NCBI RefSeq assembly: GCF_037042905.1
Contig: NC_087245.1
Location: 22,384,001-22,448,000 of the forward strand
Length of the DNA stretch: 64,000 nucleotides
Reading direction: 5' to 3'
DNA from: Lytechinus pictus
Lineage: Eukaryota
How positions within the stretch are numbered: position 1 is the first letter of the stretch; each line of letters starts with the position of its first letter. A model generated the notes under the pieces. That model was not told where the DNA came from and did no database searches. It saw only the letters and a program-made list of their open reading frames with translations. This document shows, in pieces, positions 41,101-53,500 of the stretch. The translations under genes and the position numbers were made by a program.

Positions 41101-42642
41101 TAATGATTATGCACTTTTCCTGTCACCTGAGATCGGGCATGTAATTACAAAATAGCAATTTTTCTTTTAAATTATTACAACTTCAAAAAGACACCTCCCC
41201 TCTCACTCTATCTCTCTCTCTCTTTATCTCTCCTCCAGTAATGACATTTTTCAGAATTTCTGAATTTTACGCCCAGCTATAGATTGTGCCCTACAGGTAC
41301 AAGGAAATGAGAGTTACAGTCAAAATATATATAATTTTTCATCTATGTTTACTGAACTTTAATAAGAAAATAATCCAATGAACTAGATAAAACCAATGAC
41401 TACATTTACTACTTTGGACAGTTTTCAAATGTGTTTTGAAGTCTCATGCTAACCAAAGTAAGCATGACCTAAAATTTAAACTGGCAACTTACTTTTTTAT
41501 GAAATAATTTTCCCTGATCATACAGAAGTTTTTGAAATTTGCCTTTTTCATATTCTCCAAGAATGGAATCTTGCATAGTAAACTAATTCTAATAAGGTTT
41601 AAATGGTTTGTTTCTAACTTCTTACTCTACATGTTAAATATAATTCTAAAATTCTCAATTAAATTCTTTCAACAATTATTGTTTAGAGTTTAGAGTGAAT
41701 CTGAAAAGTTTATTATAAATTAATCTAAATCTTACCTACATGTACTGTGCTACCACCAGAAATCAGGTTCAATCTCCTTATGTTCTCTTCCCTTCATGTG
41801 ACCTCACTGTGGCATGCTTGAGATTGGACCTTGATTTGCTATTCTGTCTCAACTCAAAACACACTTCCCCTTTCCCCTCAAAGAAAGTCATCCTCCTCTA
41901 TATGCAAACGTTCCAATTTACTCTGCAAATGATCAGTGTGAGTCTACTCTTAATGGATTGAAAGGGCTTCACAGATTGGTTGCTACAACATCCTTCTTGC
42001 AAATAATCAACTCAAGGGTACCTCAAGTATTTAATCTAGTAAAACAAACTCAATACTTCAAAATGCAACAATGGTGCCTCTCCAGCTGGTAAAGAGTAGT
42101 GCACTCTACTTGTAAATGTAGGTTGAGGTTGGGCAACATAATAAGGATAGTTGGCTTCATATCTACCCAATCAAAAAATAGGTTTTTTTGCCAGGTAGTA
42201 CTAATATCTCAAAAAGAAAGTAAATTGTAAAATTTGTTTGAATTTTCAATATTATTAGAACTTTTGCAGGTCACTTGTCACTGGGATATAGAAGGTAAAA
42301 TTATGAGATCTTTTGATGCAAGGCAGAAAGAATGTACATCATTTGCTATAGAATATAAAAGATTAGTCTTGTTGCAGGCTCATGGCTTTATCCTGTTCAG
42401 GTAGAAATGAATGCACAGAATAAGGTCTTTTAATATTTTTAGGTATTTTTGATCAAGTAGGTGTTAAAACCCCTTACCAGTTAGAAGGTCACTCTACTTG
42501 TATGTTTTTGTTGATATCGTGCAGCACTTCAGAAATACAGTCAATTGATTCTGGCTATACTTGAAAATACAATTTGGTTAAAATTTTATTTATCTGAGGC
42601 AAACTGACTGTCATTTTATTTCATAAAATGACATATAAAATA

Positions 42643-43484
42643 GACAAGGCAAAAGCGATTTTGTGTCTCGCCCACTTATGAAAATAACCAGAAATATCGT
42701 GATTTGCAAGGGCACGCAACGGAATTGTAATGGAAACTTCATTGTAAAATGATTGGGATGAAATAACACTTGTCATAAGAGTCTTGCACATAAACTTCAA
42801 TGTTGACCTCAAAATGAACTTTGACCATACCATGTGACCTCCCAACACAATAGTATGCAGGTCCCCTAAGTACCATCTACCATCCACGTTTGGTTGAAAA
42901 GTGATTTACGGTTGCAGAGTTATGTGTCATAAGAGAGTCTTGCACGGAAACTTTAACGTTGACCTGAAAATGACCTTTGACCTTATCATGTGACCTCCGA
43001 CTGCAGCATAACATGCAGGTCTCCTACATGTAAGTACATGTACATCTAACATCAAATTTTGGTTGAAAAGTGACTTACAGTTGCGGAGTTAGGTGTCAGA
43101 GAGTCTTGCATGTAAACTCTAACATTGACCTGAAAATGACCTTTGACCTTACCATGTGACCTCCGACTGCAGCATAGCATGCAGGTCCCCCAAGTCCATC
43201 TACCATTCAAGTTTAATTGAAAAGTGACTTACGGTTGCGGAGTTAGGTGTCATAAGACAGTCTTGCATGTGAACTTTAACGTTGACCTGAAAATTACCTT
43301 TGACCTTTAATACCATGTGACCTCCGACTGCAGCATAACATGCAGGTCCCCCAAGTCCATCTACCATCCAAGTTTGGTTGAAAAGTGACTTACGGTGGTG
43401 GAGTTATGTGTCATAAGGTTTGTGACGGACGGACGACATTTGGAACCCTAAGTCTCGCCTTCACCTCTGGTGGGCGAGACAAAA
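42643..43484 (-). mobile_element. DINE-1/HINE-type non-autonomous Helentron
   Basis: On the minus strand: T-rich start, subTIR TTTTGTCTCGCCCA, nearby partial inverted copy GGCGAGAC, (GTCC)n microsatellite, about four 160-bp tandem units, distal subTIR TGGGCGAGACAC, end CTTGT. Confidence 0.8.
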
Positions 43485-45467
43485 ATGGGACATGACACAA
43501 TCAGCTCACTCACTGATTGCTTTTTCATTTTTTTTAATAAAGCAAAACATATTAGAGATTGACTTTGTCCTTTTTTCATTGGATATATATCTGATTCCAT
43601 CATTTTGCTTGTTTTAATTCTTTTTATCAATTTGAGACAAGAGTATTACCTTTACGAAACTAGTGTTTTGATATACTATTATTTCTTACATGATCATTAT
43701 TGATGGTGACATTTTGCTATCTACTTGAGATTACAAAAAGTTTTTCCAATGCTTACATGAGCTTATTTGATTTAATAGAATCTTAGGATAGCTTATAAAG
43801 TTAAAGGATTTGAATAATATGTAAATGCATGGAAACTGTTACAGTTCTCATATAATAATTCAAAGTTGGAAAATACAGAGAGTAGAAGATAGGTGATACT
43901 TTACTCTTCAGATAATTTGCAACTTCAAATTACCTTTAAATCCCATAAAAAAATACTACATAAAGATCAACCATTACACAATGAATTGATTCACAATATA
44001 CAGCCTGATTTTGAATACAATGCTAATGGTACAATTACCAGACAATTGCATCCGCGACTGTCATTTATCGGCAAATTTGGTGGTAATTTAGAGCACAATG
44101 GTTCAATATTTTAAAGTACAGTCTACCTTTGCAATGCAAGAATTCACTCTCCAATAAAATCATTCTAGTTTTCATGTATAATTGGGTAGATTTTGTTTGG
44201 CAAGACCAAGTAGTTTGATTGTAATATCTAGTCACTCATCCTCAATTTCTTAATTTCCTTATACAGATATTATAATATTGTACTTACTGAAAGATGAACA
44301 CTGTCTCTTTTCTAGAAAAAAAATTGTTAGATAGCTTGACAATGAATGATGGGATATATGATTAGATTTAAACTTTAAACTTAAATTTATACTTTTATAA
44401 TTAAAAAAATTATTATTAAAAAAATACATAATCTCCAAATTCTTGTAAGCTCCTTTTCTCTCTCCCCCTCTCTCTAAAAAAGAGAAGAAAAAAAGTAAAA
44501 GTGAAATGTAACATTTCTCAAACCAAGTAAGCAATCTCCTTAAAATGTTTGATAAATCAACAGTCATTACAGCCCATAAAGATGATAACCCTAGGGATAA
44601 TTCTTGAAAAGAGTATTGAGTTTTAAATGGATTAGGGTACTTGATTGCAGTAATTACGGGATAGGTAATCCCCTTAACTCGCTTCTGCTGATAGTAGAGT
44701 AAAAAAAGATTAAGGAATTTCATGGCATAGAAAAAAAGCCATACTGGTAGTACCGAGAGATATCCTTTAATTTGAAATTTCCAAATATTTCCTCCTATAG
44801 AAATTGTAATGACACTATTCGGACAAGTCCTCGCAAGCAATCCACTTAAATATGGGTCTCTGATTCACCTACCAACCCCCTTTACCCCTTTAATACATTC
44901 TCTCCATCCTTTGCTCTTTATTTCTCTTTCTCTATCTTACTAACTTCTCTCTATCTTACTAACTTATCTCTATCTTACTAACTTCTTTTTCAGTTTGTAC
45001 ATACATTACATACATAACAGTTGATTAGTTTCTCTGCTTTGCTCCCTAATTTTATTTACCGTATCAATTTTCATTGAGATTTTTTTAACATGGATTTCAT
45101 TCTGCGTTGGATTATCATTTGATCGAATTGCATCACTTTCTTCTTCAAAAGTTTTAATGAAACTGATAAAAGTTGAAATTAGTCTTCAAGAGCCAAATCT
45201 CTCCCCCTGTTCCCCTCCCCTATCACCCCCTCCCTCATGTATAACTATTAATGCAAGCAATGAAATTATTTTTGGGGTGTTAAGATTAGGGTGAATCCTG
45301 GTAGCAAAAGGTTTCATATCATTGGGTACCTTCTCATATCCATCTAAAAGCATTCTTTCCATTCAAAATGAAACCAGTTTCATTCCAGAGATGGTGTCAA
45401 AATTGGTCCTTATCCACAGACAATAACAATGCAATTGATCACATTCCACCCTCTTTTCATTACTTAC

Positions 45468-45627
45468 CTTGATTCTTGATTGATTCCTTTTTGTTAGAGA
45501 TTGAAATAGAATCCATTGTAATTGTGTTAGAACACATTTCTCCTTTCTGATATATTTTCTTCTCACTGTGCCTCCTTTTCAACCATAACACCTATCTCTT
45601 GCTCTGCTTCACTCATCTTTGCTTCTC
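45468..45627 (-). other. Internal 160-nt exon with short AUG-initiated ORFs
   Basis: Branch-like GCTAAT, long T-rich tract, TTTTCAG|GAGAAG acceptor; AAG|GTAAGT donor. Confidence 0.75.
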
Positions 45628-47089
45628 CTGAAAATAAAACAACAACAGATACAAAAACAACAAAAACTCACAGAATTAGCCAGCCCTGGAAAAACAAATC
45701 TTACACAATCAAACTAGTAAACCAATCAAACTCACTGCATGACAAAATATATCTAGCATGAAATCATAAATATAAGCGAACACACTATTTCTTCTTGTAT
45801 TTTTCAGTTAACAATATGTTATTTTATTTGTTTACATCACAAGATAAGATACAATATTGACAGTGACCCTGAGAATAAACTGCAATAGTACCCAAATGGA
45901 TGTTATTGATACGTGTTGATAACCATGCTAAGACCCTTCTGGCTCTCAAACTAAGATCCATCTATCCATCTATCAATCAAAACAATGATCATATGACAGT
46001 ACAGGGACATCAAGTCAGGTGGCATTGAGGGACACTGAGTCATGTGACATTGATGACATGTCACCTGATCAGCAAACTCTGAAGATGCAGGGTGCAAAAT
46101 AAAGTCGGGCAGATAATAAACAACAATGAAACTTTCATGTTGTAAACAAAGAGAGACAGGGGGAATGACTTCATTAAAAAGGATAAAGGTAGCAAAAAGA
46201 ATGAAAAATAGATGAAAAGATAGAGAACAATACACAGGTTATTATGTTCACTGCCGATGCGGAGACAAAAAGATAGAAGGAAAGGAAATGGAATAAGAAC
46301 AATTAAAACAATGCTGAATCTATTCTCATAGACAAGAAATTATATTGTGTTTCCTGTTCAATTAGATATGGGGAATGTGATAGCAGAATACACCAGACAA
46401 AATATATTAAGACTAATGAACATAGATGTCGAATGCAGACAGAATGAAAAGGTTGCATTGTGGATGTAATCGTGTAATCCCAAGGAATCGGTGCCCCATT
46501 ATTCTCAAATCTCTCGAGCTCTGAGCATGAATATGACCAGCTATAAATGAAATGTATTTCCATGAGGGACTCCCCCCCCCCCCATCTGATTCATGAAAAC
46601 TAAAACCTCATCATAATTACTAATCTAAAATGATTCATTTGAACAATTATGGAAAATCAGGTTGACCCAAAATCAAAATGATCCATCTCTAATTCAATCT
46701 AGACATCCGCTGGAAGAAACAGTGCATGGTTGTGTGCAGTTGAAAAAGCATGAACTGTATTGTCAATGTAACATGACCACAACAGCACTGTTCACATTAT
46801 ATCATTTCCTCTGAGGATAAAGAAATCCACAAACAGTGCCTTGTTGTATGAAATAGGAAGACATGGACAGTACTACCACCATAACTTGTACATTCCGATC
46901 ACATGGAATGAATGAGCCTGTCACTTGCCCAGTTATCAGTTCAGCCACCAAATTCTTTCTTCTGAATACTCTCAATTGTTTGACAAAAATCATCTTTCAT
47001 AATCAATGCAAAAGTACTGTATGCTATCATCAAGCAATATACATATTATGCCTATCTTTACCCCAGTGACAAGTGAATATCCTTATAAA

Positions 47090-47478
47090 ACCCCTTTCAT
47101 AAACCCAATAAAACATATCCTCCAATTAGCCGCCTAAGAGTAATGCGGATAATTCAATAAAAATTGCGTTCACAAACTCCATAAATTATGTTTACGAGCG
47201 CCCGTCCTGAAAAAGGCGGATAATCGTCATGACAACTGGACACGCCCCCTCCAATGCGGTTGTGTTGGAAAAGGGTGACCTTGTGACCGCACCATGGCAA
47301 TTATCCGCATTATTTGGAAATACGTTCATAAACTCAAAATCTTGTCCCGATGCCGCTATTATGCGGATAATAGCAGCATCAGAATAATGCGGATAACTCT
47401 TGTCCTCCTCTGATTTTACGACCAAATTATGCTGCTATTAGCCGCATAATTGTGTTTTATTGGGTTTATGAAAGGGGT
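47090..47478. mobile_element. MITE with 26-bp TIR and GCGGATAA subrepeats
   Basis: ACCCCTTTCATAAACCCAATAAAACA / TGTTTTATTGGGTTTATGAAAGGGGT. Confidence 0.8.
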
Positions 47479-50246
47479 ATAAGATGCCAACATTCTTTTG
47501 GTATGTTATTAATATCAAAATCATCATTTCATGAAGAAAAGTAGTTTAACTGGATACATTTTTTGTAAAAGTCTTTCTTTTATTCTCTTTTTCTTTTCAT
47601 CTCATCTTTAATATACTCTTGTATATTGTCTATGTCTTTAAGTGTCTCAAATGTAGTCCACATCTTGATGAAAGCAACTGAACGGTGTCACTTTCAAAAT
47701 GCCAAAGATGGCAGAAATCTTTAGTTTCATTATCCTTCAGAATATTTTTGTACAATCATACACTTATCTCCAAGGAAATAACATAGCTGGAAATCTATCA
47801 TACCAAAAATGCTTGCAGCAATCTTGAAGTTTTCGTAAACAGTTTTGAAGAAAAAAAAAGCGATATTATATGACTTTCCGGTGTGAGTGTCCTGTGACAA
47901 GGTTTGAGAAACAGGTGCGTGATCATTCACAATAGGAAACCTTAGGCATCATGTGAAGTTGGAACTTGTGCATCATTTGAGAGTTTACCTATCATTTCTC
48001 GTCAAATCTTTTCAGGAAACTTGTTATGTCTGCTACAAGGGATTGTTCATCCAAGAAGTTTTCAATATGAAAAATATCAAGAAGATATATTTGAAAAAGT
48101 TGCAACCATTCACGATAGTGGACCCTAGGCATCATATGAAGTTGAAATCCAGCTAGTATAGTGATGAATGTCATCTGAGAGGGTACTTTTCCATACACAA
48201 TTTTCATAATACTTGCATCTGAAATGTCAGCTGAATGAGATTGCTTATCAAAGATGATCTTGAAACATGCATTTAAACAAAATCAAGATCAATGAAAATC
48301 AAAATATGTCATTCACTATTTTATCAGGAAAACATTAGATCAAATATAAGTCACCCCCATGACACAAAATACACCAAAAACACTGCTGCTCAAAGGGGGG
48401 GGGGGGGGCCTTCATGCAGAGCTTGAGAAATTTATATATTCTTTGTTTTTAGATGCTATCAATATTACTTGATGATCTTGTGCAAGTATAAAAAGCATGA
48501 TGTAACCATTCCTGCCTTCTATAAACAAATAGGCAAAATATAAAACAAACACTCAAAAATCATAAAACTTGATCAAAATGGAGAGTAATTCCCAAATATT
48601 GATGCTTATTTCATGCAATGGAATGCAGCTATACCAAGCAACAAGATTCAATTGAGAAACCCAAAATCTATGGAATTGCATACAATGAAAAACTATATAA
48701 AAAATATATGATATAGGTTTACATTTCTTTTCTACAAGAGAGCATACAGTGATGGTGTGAGAAATTGAATTTGTTTAATGTTAAAGTTATCTCTATGTTG
48801 CTCTTATAAAACAAACACATAACAAATAATCTTTCACTATTTCCCCCTTTTGAGGAGGATAATTGTTAAATTTGATATATCCAATAGTAAATTCCTTATT
48901 TAGTCACAAAAAAATTGAAGCCCTTTCTGAAGAAAATCATAAAATTTCAATTTGTGCTGGTGATGCATACTATACTCCTTTCACATGTCATTCAAACAGT
49001 TTTTCTAGGTTGAGTAGTTTTAAACTTCACTTGAAAAGTATTCTTCTGTATGCATGATCATATTAATGATTGACAATTCAAAGTGGATCCCTTTTATTTG
49101 TATCATTTTTATTGTAACCACTTCAAAATGGTACTTTCTAATAAATCATAGAAATATAATGATATTAATAACAATAAATGCAATTTATAAGGTGCCATAT
49201 CCATCTTGTTGGAGACTCGAGGCGCATGAGTGAAAGGGGAGCAAACAAAATAACAAAGGAACACTGAAATATTATACTCAAATCATTGATGAAAAGAATT
49301 ATAGGTAAGTATTTATTCCAATCTCAAATTTTGACAGACTGGCTATCATGGATCTCTCATGGGGGGAATTACGTAGCAAGTTCCCCCCCCCCCCATTTGT
49401 TTTTGGAAATACTTTAGCCGAAATGATAGATCGATCATGCCTTTTTGAGGGAACATACTGCGGCCTGTATTAAGAAGTTTGTCAAATTTGAAGAGTGGGG
49501 ATAGCTTTTCAGAGGCATTGATGGCTTAATCCGATAACTTATATCACACGCAATTGGCACATCTGAGAAATTGTAGTTAATTATTTCTATATGGAAAGAA
49601 AAAATTCAAATTCAGTACGAGTGAAAAAGTGTAAAAGGCGATTGTCTAATGCCAAAGGCAATCAAGTAGGTTAATATGCGATCATCAACTGAACACATAC
49701 CATTACAAATGGCAATCGATCACAAATCTTTGTGTACAGGGCCCAGATGTGACAACTTTTTAACTGTAAACGGAGATGGAACAGATAGATAGGCTTAGGG
49801 TATAGAAAAAAAGAAGGGGACAGGGGAGCTAAGAAGGAAGAAGTAGGTCACAATCTAATGAAGACAGGAAGGTGAGATATGAGCCGGTAACAAGATAAAG
49901 ACTAATTCTTCTATTTCCTGTCAGCTCAGATAATGTGCTCATAATGCTACTCTGAAACATTTAATATAATGGCTTTCTGGAACAAGAATAGTGATTGGTT
50001 GTCAGTGAGTTTTGTGGGTTTCTTAAAGAGAGGGGTGGGGATTGGAGGCTGGAGGTTCGTTAAGGTTATAATGACACAATTATTTGATTTGATACTTCCT
50101 TAGCTTGTTTTTCTACCATGCACCTAGCTCAATTCTTATCTGTTTATCGTTTCTTTCTAGAGCGTCATCAAATCCCCTAACCCCCCCCCCCCCCCCTTCT
50201 CTGCATTTTGTTCTATTTCTAATCTGCTCTCTCCCTTCAAATTCTA

Positions 50247-50551
50247 GGCCCTGTAATTCGAAGTCAGGTTTAACTTAGACCACGGTCTAACTCTGTGCTA
50301 AAATTATAGGGATCAAAAAAATAAAAAATTCTGTTTATATTTTATATTTCTTATGTTTAATCTCTCGTTTCCTTTTGCTTTCATAATGAAGAAAAATACT
50401 TTAGTTATCATTCCCAGACAATTTTGGTTGTCAAATGAGTTTATAAATTGAACTTGTACTGTCAGGGACTTGTGCTCCAATTGACTTTCCATAGTTAAAC
50501 CACAACTTTAAACCAGGGTTTAATTTAAACCCGAGTTCAGAATACAGGCCC
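50247..50551. mobile_element. MITE (Harbinger-like termini)
   Basis: GGCCCTGTAATTCGAAG ... GTTCAGAATACAGGCCC, flanked by CTA and TAG. Confidence 0.6.
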
Positions 50552-53500
50552 TAGTCTCCCACTCTTTCTTCTTTTAGTCCAACTCTGTCTTTTCCTTTTC
50601 GTTTCAGCAGCACAAATACACCCAATCATATCTTCTTCCCAGGTTTTCATATGTCCCCAATTATCTACCCCCTTCTCTCTCTCTTTCTCTATCTCCTCAT
50701 CTGTTCTTTTCTCCTTTATCTTTCTAATCGTGTCCACCTCTTCAAAATAAGAGCATGCCTATTTTTCTTTCTGGATCTCTCTATGTTTTCATATTTTCTC
50801 TTGTCATGGTCGATCTCATTGTTTTGATACACTGCGGAAATGTAAATTGTCCTGAAATCCGTGACCATGACCTACAATGTTATCTACCTTGAAGCAGACA
50901 TCTAACCTTGAGTACATCAAAACTTTACTTCTTCTCATCTAAGCTTTGCGTCACCCACTCAGACAACATGTCCATCTCAGCCATCAATTCTAAATCTTGT
51001 TAGACAATCATTCGGTAAGAGACACCAGAAACCATATTCTGATCAGAGACATACTACTCCCACCTGAGATCTAAATAGCAAAACGCCAAAATGTCATTGA
51101 ACAGACGAGCATTTATCAGATCGATCTTGAAATCTAAAGAAAGCCCACTTGTCAAGAAAGAAAATCATTCACATTTGATAAAGTATTGAAGTATTTCTTG
51201 TCAAATTGATCTGGGTTTTATTTATTTCAAGCATCTCGAGGACGCTGCAGTGTGGGGTTGTTTTTTCCTGTGTAGACGAATGAACACTTTGGTGAATCTT
51301 GGAGTTGATTTCCCCCCGAACGACACTTTGATATATGCAGCATGGAAACAACTCTACCATGAACAGATGCTTTTTACAAGGAAACCCTGGGTAAAATGGG
51401 ATTTTAGAATAAAAGATTATTTGATTTCTCAACTTTTTGATGTCCCATCCCATTTTGTCTCCACTTTCTGTCAACCGTGACCATCTTCACCCGACCCCTC
51501 TCTCTCTATCCTGCTCTCTACCCCTTTCCTCTTGGGACCGTACGTCTACTGCATGTTCCTTTTTCCCCTGCCTTCACAATATCTGTCCATCCTTCTCCCT
51601 CCCATCATCCCCTTTCTCTCTCTCTCTCCATTTCTATTTCTCTAAATTAACAGAATGTATGTTTCTATCATGTATCAACCATAAACTGAGACTTACTAAA
51701 GTGTTTGTAATGATATGAGCTGACCCAACAATGGGAAATGATGCGCAATAGGATGCTTTTAATTGAAAAAGTGTTAATAAAAAATATCAAATATTTCCCC
51801 CAACTGCCCTTCCGCTCGCCTTTATAGTTCCATTAATTTCCTGGGATAAGCAAAATTTTGCCAGTGTGCAAAGTTTTAACTTATAACTCATTTTAACTTA
51901 ATTTGATTTTCATTCTATTACTTTGTCTTCTAAAAACAAATTGCCTACCTACCCCCCCCCCCCCACCCCACCCCCAGGATACTACCCCTGCATGGAGCAC
52001 AGTTCATGTCCCCATGCTTTTAACATTCTGCCTACATATTGTAGTCAGCTTATCATCATCATCATCATTCATGAATCATCAATCTCCACCAAAGATTATG
52101 ATCAATTGATCTACTTTTCATCAGGGTATCCAATTATCTACAGTATGCCCCCTTGTTTTTTGTGTGTTCCTTTATCACTTTACATTTTGCCTTGTGTGGC
52201 TAGATTTCTGATCCAATTCTGCAAACTATCAAAGAATTAACATTTTTTCTTAGATTTATCTCTTTATCAATTTTTCCTTGCTATACTACTTTCCACTGGC
52301 GTAAATCGGTGATGTCACACTGTTAAAGTGGGGGATGACACAATAAATCATCCCCTCCTGAATAGGCTCACCATTTGAATTAACACCGGTGCTACTTTCC
52401 CTTTTTACCTTTTATTATAATTTGAAAATGTTTCTCAAACCTCATACCACACCCTCTCTCCAACTCGCCTATCTGCCCCCGCTTCTTTCTCTCACTCATT
52501 GTCTCTTTGCTTGCAAAAAAAAATGACAGGGGGCGACTATAATAATTGAGAATACACAGAATTGAGGGAGGGAACTGACCAAGCTAATTTTGTAGACATT
52601 CTTTTTTATATTCAAAATAAAATTAATGATCTGACGGACACTATGGGTAAAAGTTTTGCTTTATAAAAGTGTGTTTTGGAATTTTTGGATGGCAGAACAC
52701 CCCTCTCTCCCCCTCTCTCTCTCTCTGGATCTCCATCATTGTCATTAGTTTATCTGTCATCCTCTATCCCATACAAATCAGTCTCACTCAACATCAACAT
52801 CAAGTTCAACATCATCACACAGAGCTTCAACTGTATTTCATGTCTATAGATATTAGATTACTTTTTCATAGCCTGATCAGGCTTGAATGATCCCTCATTG
52901 AACATTTGAACATGAGGAGAAAACATAGAATGATGTAAATTCTGCCAAAGCCATGGATCAACACCACATTGTAATATTTATACTATACCCTTCAACAGGA
53001 GCGAATCCTGGGGCTGGATTTTTTAATAGGAGGCGTGCAGCCGCTTCACCTCCCCATCCCCTGGATCTGCCACTTCTTCAATAGTCTGAAAGGAGGAAGC
53101 CAGAAGTGATGTCGAGGGCCTACTTCTGTCTAAACTTATGTTGGCGTGCCAGACAAAATATAATTGCATCTCGACTGTTTGCGGAAAGAGTATGTGAGGT
53201 TCGTCTCCCCAAAATATACTCCATCAAATGATATGGTGTCCTTGAAAAAATCACCAAAAAGGAATCGAGACTCTGTGCAATGCTGCCCCAATCTTTTCAT
53301 TCTTAATCTAGAATGTTTTTGCAGAACAAATGGTTGAGATTACCATCAGTAAATTCATCATTTTCACTATCGGTACTTTCATTGTTATCTTTTTATCAAA
53401 AGAACTGGTTGTGTACTACTGCAGGAGTGAAATGGTTCTAATTTAGATATCTATTTACATTCACACCCACGTTCCACTTGCCTTTCTTTCTTATTGATTT

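Noticed and set aside
41737..42034. Possible extra minus-strand exon (donor TAG|GTAAGA)
   Set aside because: Acceptor modest and the donor abuts a TACATGTA word; cannot be supported without transcripts.
44259..44840. Longest listed ORF (193 aa)
   Set aside because: Low-complexity F/L/I/K/S composition from AT-rich DNA, non-ATG start, no recognisable domain.
47924..48150. Short diverged duplication (CCTAGGCATCAT.TGAAGTTG-like)
   Set aside because: Probably remnants of an old tandem-repeat element; too degraded to classify.
51231..51390. Plus-strand open frame between AAG| and |GTAAAA
   Set aside because: Weak sites, opposite strand to the host gene, no partner exons, peptide not recognised.
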